A stretch of 62,361 nucleotides of DNA, the filler included, from Candidatus Tectimicrobiota bacterium (GTDB lineage: Bacteria > JACPSX01), in the NCBI GenBank assembly GCA_016193065.1. It is 7 parts of 7 records of this genome, joined end to end, with 100 filler letters (N's around TTAATTAATTAA, not from the genome) between each part and the next. Parts side by side here need not be neighbours in the genome. Positions count along the whole stretch, not along the records: positions 28,737 to 39,153 come from JACPSX010000206.1; positions 39,254 to 44,251 come from JACPSX010000185.1; 5 more parts are not named here. One strand, written 5' to 3'. The notes below the pieces were generated by a model. The model saw only the letters and a program-made list of their open reading frames with translations, was not told where the DNA came from and made no database searches. The translations under genes were made by a program, and so were the position numbers. Below, one piece after another: positions 30,708 to 40,693 of the stretch; position 1 is the stretch's first letter, and each line of letters starts with the position of its first letter.

Positions 30708-31390
30708 ATGGCATCTGCGCTGACGAGCGCTGAGGAACTAAGACCTTGGGTCCGAGCGGAAGTGGTAGATCTGAGAAGCACCGGTGCCCCGACGGAAGAG
30801 AAGTATCTCGTCGATACAAACGTTCTGTACTTCATCCACTACGAACGCTTTGGCGACTTGGATGAGCTAGGAAAAGGAGCGAGGCCGTATCAATTAGAGC
30901 ACTACCCCAAATACTTCAAACGAGTTCGAGACCACGAAGGGAAACTTTTCGTCCACCGCCTCGGCTTGATAGAGTTTGCCCGGCTAGTTGAGAGGGCGGA
31001 GCTAAATTTCTCTACGCAATCAAGACGCCTGGTGTCACAGAGATTCCCCCGGAAATTAACATGAAAGATCTGCGGAGGGCTTACCCGCAAGATTACGGAA
31101 AGTGCCAGGCAAGAATCCTCACTTATATGGGCTCTGTGAGAAAAGTCCACTCTTTGCTCCAAATGCCACCTTGCGATGAATCGGCCTTCTGGGCGCAATG
31201 GGATATGGGGTGGCAGGGCACAGTTGCAAACCCGGAGGATGCTGCTCAACTGGTGGATGCACGGGATTCCGGTATATCAGCAGTGATATCGGATGACTCC
31301 GATTGGGTCAGCATTGAGGGAATCAGGCTCTTCACCGCGAATCGGCTTGCTATTCAGGCTGCTCGGCTAGCCGGAAAGCTTGCGCGGTAG
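30708..31390 (+). CDS. PIN-domain nuclease, split by a -1 frameshift at about 31004-31010
   Basis: LVDTNV...E in frame 0; EDA...SDDSDW..TAN in the -1 frame. The joined product is about 227 aa. Confidence 0.75.
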
Positions 31391-31442
31391 CCTCCGCTTT
31401 ACTAGTCGGTTGACGTCATGTTGAGGGGCGCGATTCAGCGGA

Positions 31443-31751
31443 TTAATCCGATTGCCTCAGGCGTCGCGCCACCTCTTTATAAATCTCCGCCCTCTCCCGT
31501 TTTCCAATACCTATGATAAGGATCACAAGTCTTTGTCGCTGGATCTCGTAGACGATCCGATATGCTTTTTTCCCGAAGTAGATTTTACGGTACCCTGTGA
31601 GATCGATCCCCATTCTTTTCCCCAGGGGTTCCCCCAGTTCGGGGCTTTCCAAAAGTTTGTCAATCTGCTTGGCAGCGATCTTTTTCAGTGAACCATCCAG
31701 CGCTTCGAACTCTCGGGCAGCTTCCGGCAGAAATTCAATCTTATAGGCCAT
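31443..31751 (-). CDS. RelE/ParE-family toxin
   Basis: YKIEF..EA..E, LGEPL, YRIVYEI, GKRE. Confidence 0.88.
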   Translation of the reverse strand: MAYKIEFLPEAAREFEALDGSLKKIAAKQIDKLLESPELGEPLGKRMGIDLTGYRKIYFGKKAYRIVYEIQRQRLVILIIGIGKRERAEIYKEVARRLRQSD

Positions 31752-32013
31752 ACTTGGCTTTCAGAGATTCCCAAGAGATTCTTTTTCCTCGATCCTGCGC
31801 TTTTCTATCCTGGATCTCAAGTGCGGTCAGGAGATGCTCCAAATCTTCGACCATGCCTTCGTATTCATCAATCGGGAGGATCACGGCCTCAAGCCGGTTG
31901 TTGCGAGATAGCACCATGCGCCCCTTCTTTTTGACCGCCTTTAGTACTTCTCCTAATTGTTTCGATGCGGTTGACGAGGAGACGATCTCGTCTCTACGGT
32001 AAGATGTCTCCAT
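31741..32013 (-). CDS. Phd/YefM-family antitoxin
   Basis: VLSRNNRLEAVIL..DEYE; overlaps the toxin start; GGAGG SD. Confidence 0.85.
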   Translation of the reverse strand: METSYRRDEIVSSSTASKQLGEVLKAVKKKGRMVLSRNNRLEAVILPIDEYEGMVEDLEHLLTALEIQDRKAQDRGKRISWESLKAKYGL

Positions 32014-32044
32014 AAGTTGAACCTCCTTTTTTAAAAACTGTTAC

Positions 32045-32078
32045 GATAAATTATCCTCTGGAGTTTACGGAAAATCAA
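32045..32078 (-). promoter_or_regulatory. TA promoter with overlapping operator-like palindrome
   Basis: TTGATT-17 nt-GATAAT; palindrome GATAA-A-TTATC lies over the -10. Confidence 0.55.
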
Positions 32079-32128
32079 GGGGAAGGATTTGGGTCAGAGT
32101 CAGGGAGGATTAATCGGGGCGTGAAGTT

Positions 32129-33050
32129 CTAGCCTGGAAACTGCAGGGTGTCCACCAGGGAGTTCACGTCAGCCACATCGTTTTCCCGGCAGTAGGCGCG
32201 GAGGCCGTCTAGGATCTTTACGGAGGACTGCGGGTCCACGAAGTTGGCCGTGCCCACCTGGATTGCGGTAGCTCCCACGATGAGAAATTCCAGGGCGTCC
32301 TCGGCGGTCATGATCCCGCCGATGCCGATGAGCGGGAGCTTCACGGCCTGGCGCACCTGCCACAGGGCCCGCAAAGCAATGGGGCGAACGGCGGGTCCGG
32401 AGAGTCCTCCCGTGGCCGTGGCGAGTCTCGGCTTGCGAGTACGGACGTCCACGGCCATGCCGAGGACCGTGTTCATGACGGAAAGGGCGTCGGCGCCGCC
32501 GTCGGCGGCGGCGCGGGCAATCACGCGGATGTCCGTCACGTTGGGCGAGAGCTTGATGAGCAGCGGCAGTGTTGTGGCCTTGCGCAGTGCCCTGGTGATC
32601 TCCAAGGTGGCTTTCGGGTCCAGGGCGAAATCGAGCCCCTTGCTCACGTTGGGGCAGGAGATGTTTGCCTCCACGGCGGCGACTCCGCCGCTCTCTTCCG
32701 CCCGCCGCGCCACCGCACAGTACTCTTCAATGGTTTCTCCAAAGATGTTGGCGATGACCGGCGTGCCGATTTCCCGCAGGCGCGGCAGCTTCTCGGAAAT
32801 GAAGGCTTCGATTCCGACGTTCTGCAAGCCGATGGAGTTAAGCATCCCGGCCGGGGTCTCGGCGATGCGCGGCGTCGGATTGCCGAGCCTGGGCTGCAAG
32901 GAAAGACCTTTGACCACGATGGCGCCGAGCTGCCCGAGGTCCAGATAGGGCTCAAACTCGAGGCCGTAGCCGAAGGTGCCCGAGGCCGTCATGACCGGGT
33001 TCTTGAGACGGAGCGGCCCGAGCTGTACGGCCAGGCGGGGTTCTTCTACC
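32129..33050 (-). CDS. pyrD: Dihydroorotate dehydrogenase 1B catalytic subunit (start codon apparently lost)
   Basis: [27 protein letters not shown]. Confidence 0.92.
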
Positions 33051-33857
33051 CACCACGCAGCCCAGGCAGGCTCCAAACCCGCAGCCCATGAGACACTCCA
33101 GGGAGGCGTATCCCGGCGCTTTCCACTGCCGGCACAGACGGGCGACGGCGGCCATCATGGCATGAGGGCCGCAGGTGTAAATCAGTCGAGGCAGTTTCTC
33201 CTTACCGGATGATTCACCGTCCAGCAAAAGATCCGTGACCACCCCTTTTTCTCCAAGAGAACCGTCCTCCGTGGCGATGCGAACCGGAATCTCCATGACC
33301 TGAAAATCCTCCGCCCCCACGATGTCCGCAGCCCGGCGCCCTCCAAAGAAGAGGGTTGTCTTGCACTTCCGGAAAAGGTTCGGCTCTCGCTGCTGGAATT
33401 CTTCCATGAGGACGAGAAGCGGTGCAATCCCGATCCCACCGGCAATCAGGAAGATCTCTGAGGGTTCGGTGGGGAGAGGAAACGGCTTCCCCAGCGGACC
33501 CAGGATGTCCACCGGCCGGCCGACCTCCATGTGGGCCATGATCCGGGTCCCCTGACCGACGACCCGGTAGATGAATTCCACGGAGTCCGGAGAGCGGGTT
33601 CTTGTTCCCCTGGCGATGCCGGGAGCCGCCGACGGGTTGGTCCCAGGCGGATTTCCCGCCGGCTGCTTCTTTCTCGCCGGTCCCGCTCCCAGGGAATAAA
33701 AGCTGAAAGGCCGGCGCAGCAGAGGATCTAGTGATTCTGAAACTCGCAGCATCACGAATTGGCCTGCCCGGGAGTTTCGGGCGAGCTCGGGAGCGAAAAT
33801 CCCCATCAGGAAATTGTCTCCCGCCAGAGACAGGTTGTAGAGAACCGACCCGTTCAC
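32952..33857 (-). CDS. pyrK: Dihydroorotate dehydrogenase electron-transfer subunit (true C-terminus missing)
   Basis: [31 protein letters not shown]; the final C..GPVF motif is absent. Confidence 0.85.
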   Translation of the reverse strand: MNGSVLYNLSLAGDNFLMGIFAPELARNSRAGQFVMLRVSESLDPLLRRPFSFYSLGAGPARKKQPAGNPPGTNPSAAPGIARGTRTRSPDSVEFIYRVVGQGTRIMAHMEVGRPVDILGPLGKPFPLPTEPSEIFLIAGGIGIAPLLVLMEEFQQREPNLFRKCKTTLFFGGRRAADIVGAEDFQVMEIPVRIATEDGSLGEKGVVTDLLLDGESSGKEKLPRLIYTCGPHAMMAAVARLCRQWKAPGYASLECLMGCGFGACLGCVVGRRTPPGRTARAAPSQEPGHDGLGHLRLRPRV

Positions 33858-36800
33858 CGTGCTGCGTTTCCCTGTTCGTAGAACTCCTGCAAGGGGGTCA
33901 CATCCATGTCCTCTTCCAGGAGAGCGTTGATCCCCTGGATGGCGGCAAAGGCACCGGGAATCGTGGTGTAGTAGGGGAGATTCTGCAGCAGGGTCGTGCG
34001 CCGGATCTGGAAGGCGTCGTGAAGCTGAATTTTTCCGGTGGGGGTGTTGATGACGAGCTGGATCTCCCCGTTCTTGATGTGATCCACGACGTGGGGCCTG
34101 CCTTCGGACACCTTGAGAACGGGCTTGACGGGCACGCCGCTCTCCCGGATCACGGCGGCGGTCCCCGAGGTGGCAACGATGGAAAATCCCAGCGCGGAAA
34201 GCTCCCGGGCCAGGCGGACGGCTGCCGGCTTGTCCTTGTCCTTGACGCTGATGAAGACGGTGCCTTCCCGGGGCAGCCCCCCGTTGCAGGACATCTGAGA
34301 CTTGGCGAACGCTTGCCCGAAGGAGCGCCCGATTCCCATCACTTCCCCGGTGGACTTCATCTCGGGCCCCAGCAGGGGATCTGTGCCGGGGAACTTTGTG
34401 AACGGGAGAATGGCCTCCTTGACCGCCACGTGGGGGAGGATTCGCTCGGACGTGTATCCCAGGTCCTGGAGGGTTAATCCCGTCATGATCTTTGCCGCCA
34501 GCTTGGCCAGGGGAACCCCGATGGCTTTGCTGACGAAGGGGACGGTGCGGGAAGCTCGGGGGTTTACTTCCAGAATGTAGACCTCTCCTTCGCGCACCGC
34601 AAACTGGATGTTGATGAGGCCGCGCACCCGCAGTTCCAGGGCAAGGATGCGGGTTTGCTCCCGGATGCGGCCCAAGATCGGGGCCGGGAGGGAGTAGGGG
34701 GGAAGGGAGCAGGCACTGTCCCCGGAGTGAACTCCCGCTTCCTCGATGTGTTCCATGATTCCGGCCACCACCACGGTGCGCCCGTCGCAGAGCGCATCCA
34801 CATCCACCTCGATGGAATCCTCCAGGTATTTGTCGATGAGGACGGGGTGCTCGGGAGACGCCTCGACGGCCCGGCTCATGTATTCCCTCAGGCTCTCCTC
34901 GTCATAGACGATCTCCATGGCCCTTCCGCCCAGGACGTACGAGGGGCGCACCATGACAGGGTAGCCGATCCGAGAGGCCACCTGCAGGGCTTCATCCACC
35001 GCGGTGGCCGTGCCGCTCTCTGCCTGTTTCAGTCTTAGCTTCTCCAAGAGCGCGCTGAAGCGTTTGCGGTCCTCGGCCAGGTCGATGTCGTCGGGAGAGG
35101 TTCCCAATATGGGCACTCCGGCCCGTTCCAGGGGAATGGCGAGCTTGAGGGGAGTCTGACCTCCGAACTGGACGATGACCCCGGTGGGCTTCTCCACCTC
35201 CACGATGTTGAGCACGTCCTCCAGGGTCAGGGGTTCGAAATAGAGGCGGTCGGAAGTGTCGTAATCGGTGCTCACCGTCTCCGGATTGCAGTTCACCATG
35301 ATCGTCTCGCAGCCGATCTCCTTGAGGGCCATGGCGGCGTGCACGCAGCAGTAGTCGAACTCGATCCCCTGGCCGATGCGGTTGGGTCCCCCCCCCAGGA
35401 TCATCACCTTCTTGCGATCCGTGGGGTTTGCCTCGCACTCCCGCTCGTAGGTGGAGTACAGGTAGGGGGTGTGGGCCTCGAACTCGGCGGCGCAGGTGTC
35501 CACGGTCTTGTACGTGGGGCGAATTCCCATCTCGAGCCGGCGGTGGCGCACTTCCCGTTCTGTAGTCCCCAGGAGCGTTCCCAGGCGCCGGTCCGAGAAC
35601 CCCAGCTCTTTGGCTCTCCTCAGAATGGGTTCCGAAAGCCGGCTGAGAGGGGGAGGTATCGTGCCGCGTGTGGAGGCGGATTCCCGGCAGAGAGCTTCTT
35701 CCGTTTCGATGATCTCGCGGATGTTGTGGAGGAACCAGGGATCGATTCGGGATAGCGCGTAGACCTCGTCCACGGAAAAACCCTGGCGAAATGCCTCTCC
35801 GATGTACCAGACCCGGTCGAAGGTGGGCAGCCGCAATTTCTCCCGGATCAGATCCCGGCGCCCTTCGGGGGACAGGCCCGCGGGAAGAAAGGATTCGAAG
35901 CCGTAGCGGTCCACTTCCAGGGAGCGCATGGCCTTGTGCAGGGATTCCTTGAAGGTGCGGCCGATGGCCATGACTTCCCCCACGGATTTCATCTGGGTCG
36001 TGAGGACCTCGTCGGTGCCGGGGAACTTCTCGAATGCAAAGCGGGGAAACTTGACCACGCAGTAATCGATCGTGGGCTCGAACGAGGCGGGGGTCTCCTT
36101 GGTGATGTCGTTGGGGATCTCGTCCAGCGTATAGCCCACGGCCAGCAGGGCTGCAATCTTGGCGATGGGGAACCCCGTGGCTTTGGAAGCCAGGGCCGAG
36201 CTGCGAGATACCCGGGGGTTCATCTCGATGACCACCATGTCCCCGTTTTCGGGGTTGATGGCGAACTGGATGTTGGATCCTCCCGTCTCCACGCCGATTT
36301 CCCGGATGATGGCGATAGCCGCATCTCTCATGAGCTGATACTCTTTGTCCGTCAGGGTCTGGGCGGGGGCCACGGTGATGCTGTCCCCCGTGTGGATCCC
36401 CATGGGATCAAAGTTCTCGATGGAACAGATGATGACCACGTTGTCTTTCCGGTCCCGCATGACCTCCAGCTCGAACTCCTTCCAGCCGGCGACGGAGCGC
36501 TCGATGAGGACCTCCCCGATAGGGCTTGTACTGAGCCCCCACTCCACCCGATCTTCAAACTCCTCGATGTTGTAGGCGGCACTTCCGCCCGTCCCTCCCA
36601 GCGTAAAGGAGGGGCGGATAATGAGGGGGAAGCCCAGGTGCTCTGCGACCCTGAATCCTTCTTCCAGGCTGCGGACGTAGCCGCTCGGTGGAAGAGAGAG
36701 GCCGATGCGCTCCATGGCTTCTTTGAACAGGTTGCGGTCTTCGGCTTTCTTGATAGCGGGGAGCTTGGCCCCGATGAGTTCCACGCCGTAGCGATCGAGT

Positions 36801-37120
36801 ACTCCGGCTTCGGCCAGGAAAACCGCCAGGTTCAGGCCCGTCTGGCCTCCCAGGGTGGGGAGGAGCGCGTCCGGGCGCTCGCGGGCGATGACCCGGGCCA
36901 CCATCTCCGGGGTCAGGGGCTCCACGTAGGTGCGGTGGGCCATCTCCGGATCGGTCATGATGGTGGCCGGGTTCGAGTTCACCAGCACGACGGTGAACCC
37001 CTGCTCGCGCAGGACCTTGCAGGCCTGGGTCCCCGAGTAGTCGAACTCGCAGGCCTGCCCGATGACGATGGGCCCCGAGCCGATGATCAGGATTTTCTGT
37101 ATGTCGGTTCTCTTGGGCAT
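33854..37120 (-). CDS. carB: Carbamoyl-phosphate synthase large chain
   Basis: [26 protein letters not shown], duplicated ATP-grasp domains, MGS domain. Confidence 0.98.
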   Translation of the reverse strand: MPKRTDIQKILIIGSGPIVIGQACEFDYSGTQACKVLREQGFTVVLVNSNPATIMTDPEMAHRTYVEPLTPEMVARVIARERPDALLPTLGGQTGLNLAVFLAEAGVLDRYGVELIGAKLPAIKKAEDRNLFKEAMERIGLSLPPSGYVRSLEEGFRVAEHLGFPLIIRPSFTLGGTGGSAAYNIEEFEDRVEWGLSTSPIGEVLIERSVAGWKEFELEVMRDRKDNVVIICSIENFDPMGIHTGDSITVAPAQTLTDKEYQLMRDAAIAIIREIGVETGGSNIQFAINPENGDMVVIEMNPRVSRSSALASKATGFPIAKIAALLAVGYTLDEIPNDITKETPASFEPTIDYCVVKFPRFAFEKFPGTDEVLTTQMKSVGEVMAIGRTFKESLHKAMRSLEVDRYGFESFLPAGLSPEGRRDLIREKLRLPTFDRVWYIGEAFRQGFSVDEVYALSRIDPWFLHNIREIIETEEALCRESASTRGTIPPPLSRLSEPILRRAKELGFSDRRLGTLLGTTEREVRHRRLEMGIRPTYKTVDTCAAEFEAHTPYLYSTYERECEANPTDRKKVMILGGGPNRIGQGIEFDYCCVHAAMALKEIGCETIMVNCNPETVSTDYDTSDRLYFEPLTLEDVLNIVEVEKPTGVIVQFGGQTPLKLAIPLERAGVPILGTSPDDIDLAEDRKRFSALLEKLRLKQAESGTATAVDEALQVASRIGYPVMVRPSYVLGGRAMEIVYDEESLREYMSRAVEASPEHPVLIDKYLEDSIEVDVDALCDGRTVVVAGIMEHIEEAGVHSGDSACSLPPYSLPAPILGRIREQTRILALELRVRGLINIQFAVREGEVYILEVNPRASRTVPFVSKAIGVPLAKLAAKIMTGLTLQDLGYTSERILPHVAVKEAILPFTKFPGTDPLLGPEMKSTGEVMGIGRSFGQAFAKSQMSCNGGLPREGTVFISVKDKDKPAAVRLARELSALGFSIVATSGTAAVIRESGVPVKPVLKVSEGRPHVVDHIKNGEIQLVINTPTGKIQLHDAFQIRRTTLLQNLPYYTTIPGAFAAIQGINALLEEDMDVTPLQEFYEQGNAAR

Positions 37121-37167
37121 CTTTGCTTCAACTCTTTTCGAATCAATTGCACCAGCCCGGCAACTTC

Positions 37168-37488
37168 TCAGGCGGCATAGAGCACCTTTCCGCGAGTGAG
37201 GATCTCCTGAAAGAACTGGTCCCCTCTGCTGAGACGCCGATGGAGCTCGTCAGGGGTTATCACGATGGGCTCCACCGGAGTGCGCCGCTCAGGATCTGCG
37301 ATCAGTTCCCGAACCGCCACCCAACGGTCGATGAACCGCTCGGGAGTCTCCTTCACGATCAGCAGATCAATATCGCTGTCCTCTGTTGCTTCTCCGTAAG
37401 CATACGAGCCGAAGAGGATTACCTTGAGGGGCTGATACCCCTCAATGATCCGCCTCACGATACTTTCGATCTCCTGGTCGCTGGTCAT
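37168..37488 (-). CDS. Minimal nucleotidyltransferase (MNT antitoxin type)
   Basis: ILFGSYAYG...DSDIDL; start at MTSDQ. Confidence 0.85.
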   Translation of the reverse strand: MTSDQEIESIVRRIIEGYQPLKVILFGSYAYGEATEDSDIDLLIVKETPERFIDRWVAVRELIADPERRTPVEPIVITPDELHRRLSRGDQFFQEILTRGKVLYAA

Positions 37489-37533
37489 TTCGCCTTTCCT
37501 TTTGCACGCCTGATTCCACGCAACCCTTTCGCT

Positions 37534-37583
37534 TCCACCCCCTCCCTTCCCCTCCCCCGTCGAGGGGGAGGGATGGGTGGGGG
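37534..37583. repeat. REP-like palindrome
   Basis: CCACCCCCTCCCTTCCCCTCCCCC-GTCGA-GGGGGAGGGATGGGTGGGG; resembles the remnant at 1-20. Confidence 0.6.
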
Positions 37584-38219
37584 CTATTTCTTCTCGAAGC
37601 AGTAGATATCCCTTATCTTCACATGCCGGTAGCGTTCCCACTTGAGATGCATGACCATGAGCTGGTGAATCAGGGCCAGAGGGGAGGCCTCCCCTTCTTT
37701 TTTGAGACGCTTGATCTCCTGTTCCACGAGCCCTTTTACTTCACGAGGGTGGAAAAACAGAGCCGGAGAGAGAAAATACGCGCCGTTCAGGGGGAGGATC
37801 CTCCCCTGTACCAGGGAGCTGGGCTGAAAGGCCGAAATGAGATCATTCTCCGTCAGGGAGACCGGGAAACTTTTCTTGGTGAAGAGGTCCTGCAGGTCCA
37901 CCTGATTCTCCCGCAGCTTGCGGGCGAGAAAAACGCTGTGGACGTTGCCGACGAACTGCTGGCAGACCGCTCTTTCCTCTTCCGGAAGGGAGTTGGAATC
38001 GAGCAAGAGTTCCAGAGGGGTGAGACGGCTGTTGTCTAGAGGACGTTCGAAGAGAAACCAGTCGAGAAAGGAGGCCATGCGGACATCAAAGGAAGGATCT
38101 TCCTCGATCACCTCCCCGGTGCGAGCCAGAAACTCCCGCCGTGCTTCCGGCATCTCCGCCGCGATGTCCGGTACGGACAGCCGCTCCCAGAGCTTCTCCA
38201 GGTACTCTCTGACCATCAT
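37584..38219 (-). CDS. Conserved-looking hypothetical protein, coupled to carA
   Basis: 211-aa [12 protein letters not shown] motif, ATGA overlap with carA. Confidence 0.7.
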   Translation of the reverse strand: MMVREYLEKLWERLSVPDIAAEMPEARREFLARTGEVIEEDPSFDVRMASFLDWFLFERPLDNSRLTPLELLLDSNSLPEEERAVCQQFVGNVHSVFLARKLRENQVDLQDLFTKKSFPVSLTENDLISAFQPSSLVQGRILPLNGAYFLSPALFFHPREVKGLVEQEIKRLKKEGEASPLALIHQLMVMHLKWERYRHVKIRDIYCFEKK

Positions 38220-39153
38220 GCCCCTTTCATGAGATCGATGAACCGGGAAAATAAGTAGCCGGCATCATGGGGACCGGGCGAAGCCTCGGGGTGATACTGG
38301 ACGGAGAAGACCGGCAGCTCCTTGTGCCGCATCCCTTCCAGAGTATGGTCGTTCAAGTTCACGTGGGTCAGCTCGACCTCCGGTGGGAGAGATCCCGGAT
38401 CGACGGCGAAGCCGTGATTTTGCGTCGTGATCTCCACCCGGCCGGAACGCCGGTCCAGGACGGGGTGGTTTCCGCCGCGGTGACCGAACTTCAGCTTGTA
38501 GGTCTTCCCTCCAAAGGCCTGGCCCAGGATCTGGTGCCCCAGGCAAATCCCAAAGATCGGCTTTTTCCCCAGAAGTTGCCGCACCGTATCCACCGCATAG
38601 GGGACCGCGGCCGGATCGCCGGGACCGTTGGAGAGAAAGACGCCGTCCGGGTTTTGGCCCAAAACCTCTTCGGCGGGATAATCGGCCGGAACCACTTTCA
38701 CCCGGCATCCGGCATCGACTAACATCCGGAGAATATTCTGTTTGATACCGAAATCATAAGCGATGACGTTGAATTTCTTTTTTTGTACGGGCGCACGGCC
38801 CCTAGGAGGGACCACTTCGTGGCCCTGCGCCCCTACCATGCGCACAATCCTGTGACTCCCCCTGTTCCACCCATACGGCTTCTTGCATGAAACCACTTTT
38901 GCCAAATCCTGTCCCTCCATGGAAGGAAGGGCGGCCGCCTTTTTCTTCAGTTTCGAAAAATCCGTGACCACACCGACATGAATAAGCGCCGGTTTTGCCC
39001 CGGCATCGCGGATGTGCCTCACCAATGCGCGCGTGTCAATTCCCTCGACAGCCGGGACTTTATTCTTCTTCAAAAAAGCGGAGAGAGATGACTTCGCCCG
39101 AAAGTTGCTCACAATGGGGGAATTTTCTTTCACGACGAATCCCGAAAGATAAA
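38216..39153 (-). CDS. carA: Carbamoyl-phosphate synthase small chain (5'-partial)
   Basis: [31 protein letters not shown]. Confidence 0.95.
38785..38836 (-). repeat. GTAG-type REP with nested insert, in frame inside carA
   Basis: GTAGGGGCGCAGGGCC-[20 nt]-GGCCGTGCGCCCGTAC. Confidence 0.7.
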
Positions 39154-39253
39154 NNNNNNNNNNNNNNNNNNNNNNNNNNNNNNNNNNNNNNNNNNNNTTA
39201 ATTAATTAANNNNNNNNNNNNNNNNNNNNNNNNNNNNNNNNNNNNNNNNNNNN
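39154..39253. other. Artificial scaffold spacer
   Basis: N-TTAATTAATTAA-N. Confidence 0.98.
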
Positions 39254-39472
39254 GAGATCCACCACCCGGGTACCCGCAAAGCGGGTACCCGAAGAGCGGG
39301 TGCGCTCTGCGCGGGTACCCACCACGTGGGTGCGGCTCCGAGGAAGGTCCCAGCCGTTGTCTACAAAGGCCACCCGGACAATCCGTCCTTCTTCAACCCA
39401 GACGGCACGAGGGCCCTTCTCGAACCCCGAGGGTAAATAAACCCCTCCCCCCAGAAAGATTCGCGCCGCCAT
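39254..39472 (-). CDS. N-terminus of an amidohydrolase-superfamily protein (partial)
   Basis: AVWVEEGRIVRV...VVDL beta-sandwich pattern; GAGGAG SD. Confidence 0.6.
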
Positions 39473-39498
39473 CGAACTCCTCGAAATGGTTTGTGCGC

Positions 39499-40674
39499 TT
39501 AGCCTTTGTAGATGTTATCCAACAGTTCCCGGGCTTCCGGAAATTCGGGCAAAAGTTGCAGAGCCTGCCGCAGCGAGGAAACAGCCTCCACCCTTTCATC
39601 CGCCTCCCAATAGGCCCTGGCCATATTATAGTAGAGTATCTCGTCGCCCGGATCAATGGCGAGAGCTTTGCGGTACTGCTCAATGGCCTGGCCAAATTTA
39701 CGCTGCTTGCGCAGGGCAATCCCGAGCCGGTTGAGGACGTAGACTCGCTCCTGGGGATCGTCGGCCAGAGCTTTCAGGAAAGCATCCTCCGCCTGTGAAA
39801 ACTGCGCGCTCTCCAGGTACGCATCTCCGATCTTGGTCTTGATCGCGGCGTCGGCGGGATCGGCCGCCATGGCACGCTCAAAAGTCTCCTGGGCTTCCTC
39901 CACACGGTTCTGGGACAGGAGGAGTTCCCCCAGGTAGGCAAGGGCTTTGGAGCTATCGGGCCGGATTTGCAGCGACTTCTTCATGACAATGGTGGCCTTT
40001 CCGTAGTCCCCCCTCTCTCGGTAAAGATCGGCCAAGTGTTCATAGGCTTTTAGGAGCTGGTTGTCCAGAGCGATGGCCTGGCTGAAATGGGTGATGGCCA
40101 GCTCCAGTTCCCCCTTACCATGATATAGATCGCCGAGCTGAAAATGGGTTTCCGCCTCCGGGAACATGTTCAGGGCTGCCTCATACGCTTTAACGGCGCC
40201 CTCAATGTCCCCTTCTTCGCGTAGTGCCTCGGCTCGAAGGCAAATTTCCTGGGCCTCTATCTGCTTGGGGCCCATGCGGGCCTTGAAGGACTCCTCGATC
40301 TTTCCCTGCAGTGTCTCCAAGCTGAAAGGCTTGACCACATAGGCATTGGCCCCCCCCTGGACGCAGCGAATAATGTCATCCCGGTTATGGGAGGAGCTCA
40401 CCATGATGACGGGCACGTCGTTTATCTTGGTGCTCCTACGTACCCCCTTGAGGAGTTGAAAGCCGTTCATGCGGGCCATGTTGATGTCGCACAGGATCAG
40501 GTGAACCCGTTCGGTCAGGAGAATTTTCCAGGCCGAGTCCCCCCCATCGGCTTCCAGGATCCGGGGAAATCCCATCTTGGCCAGCATCTGCCGGATCAAG
40601 GCCCTGGTCTTGGACATGTCGTCCACGACCAGGACCGTCATCTCGCAGAAATCTCTAGGTTCCTCCCGGCTCAT
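39499..40674 (-). CDS. CheY-like receiver + TPR-repeat protein
   Basis: VVDD, CDINM, KPF, then multiple TPR repeats. Confidence 0.9.
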   Translation of the reverse strand: MSREEPRDFCEMTVLVVDDMSKTRALIRQMLAKMGFPRILEADGGDSAWKILLTERVHLILCDINMARMNGFQLLKGVRRSTKINDVPVIMVSSSHNRDDIIRCVQGGANAYVVKPFSLETLQGKIEESFKARMGPKQIEAQEICLRAEALREEGDIEGAVKAYEAALNMFPEAETHFQLGDLYHGKGELELAITHFSQAIALDNQLLKAYEHLADLYRERGDYGKATIVMKKSLQIRPDSSKALAYLGELLLSQNRVEEAQETFERAMAADPADAAIKTKIGDAYLESAQFSQAEDAFLKALADDPQERVYVLNRLGIALRKQRKFGQAIEQYRKALAIDPGDEILYYNMARAYWEADERVEAVSSLRQALQLLPEFPEARELLDNIYKG

Positions 40675-40693
40675 CTTTCCCCCTCACATCTCC

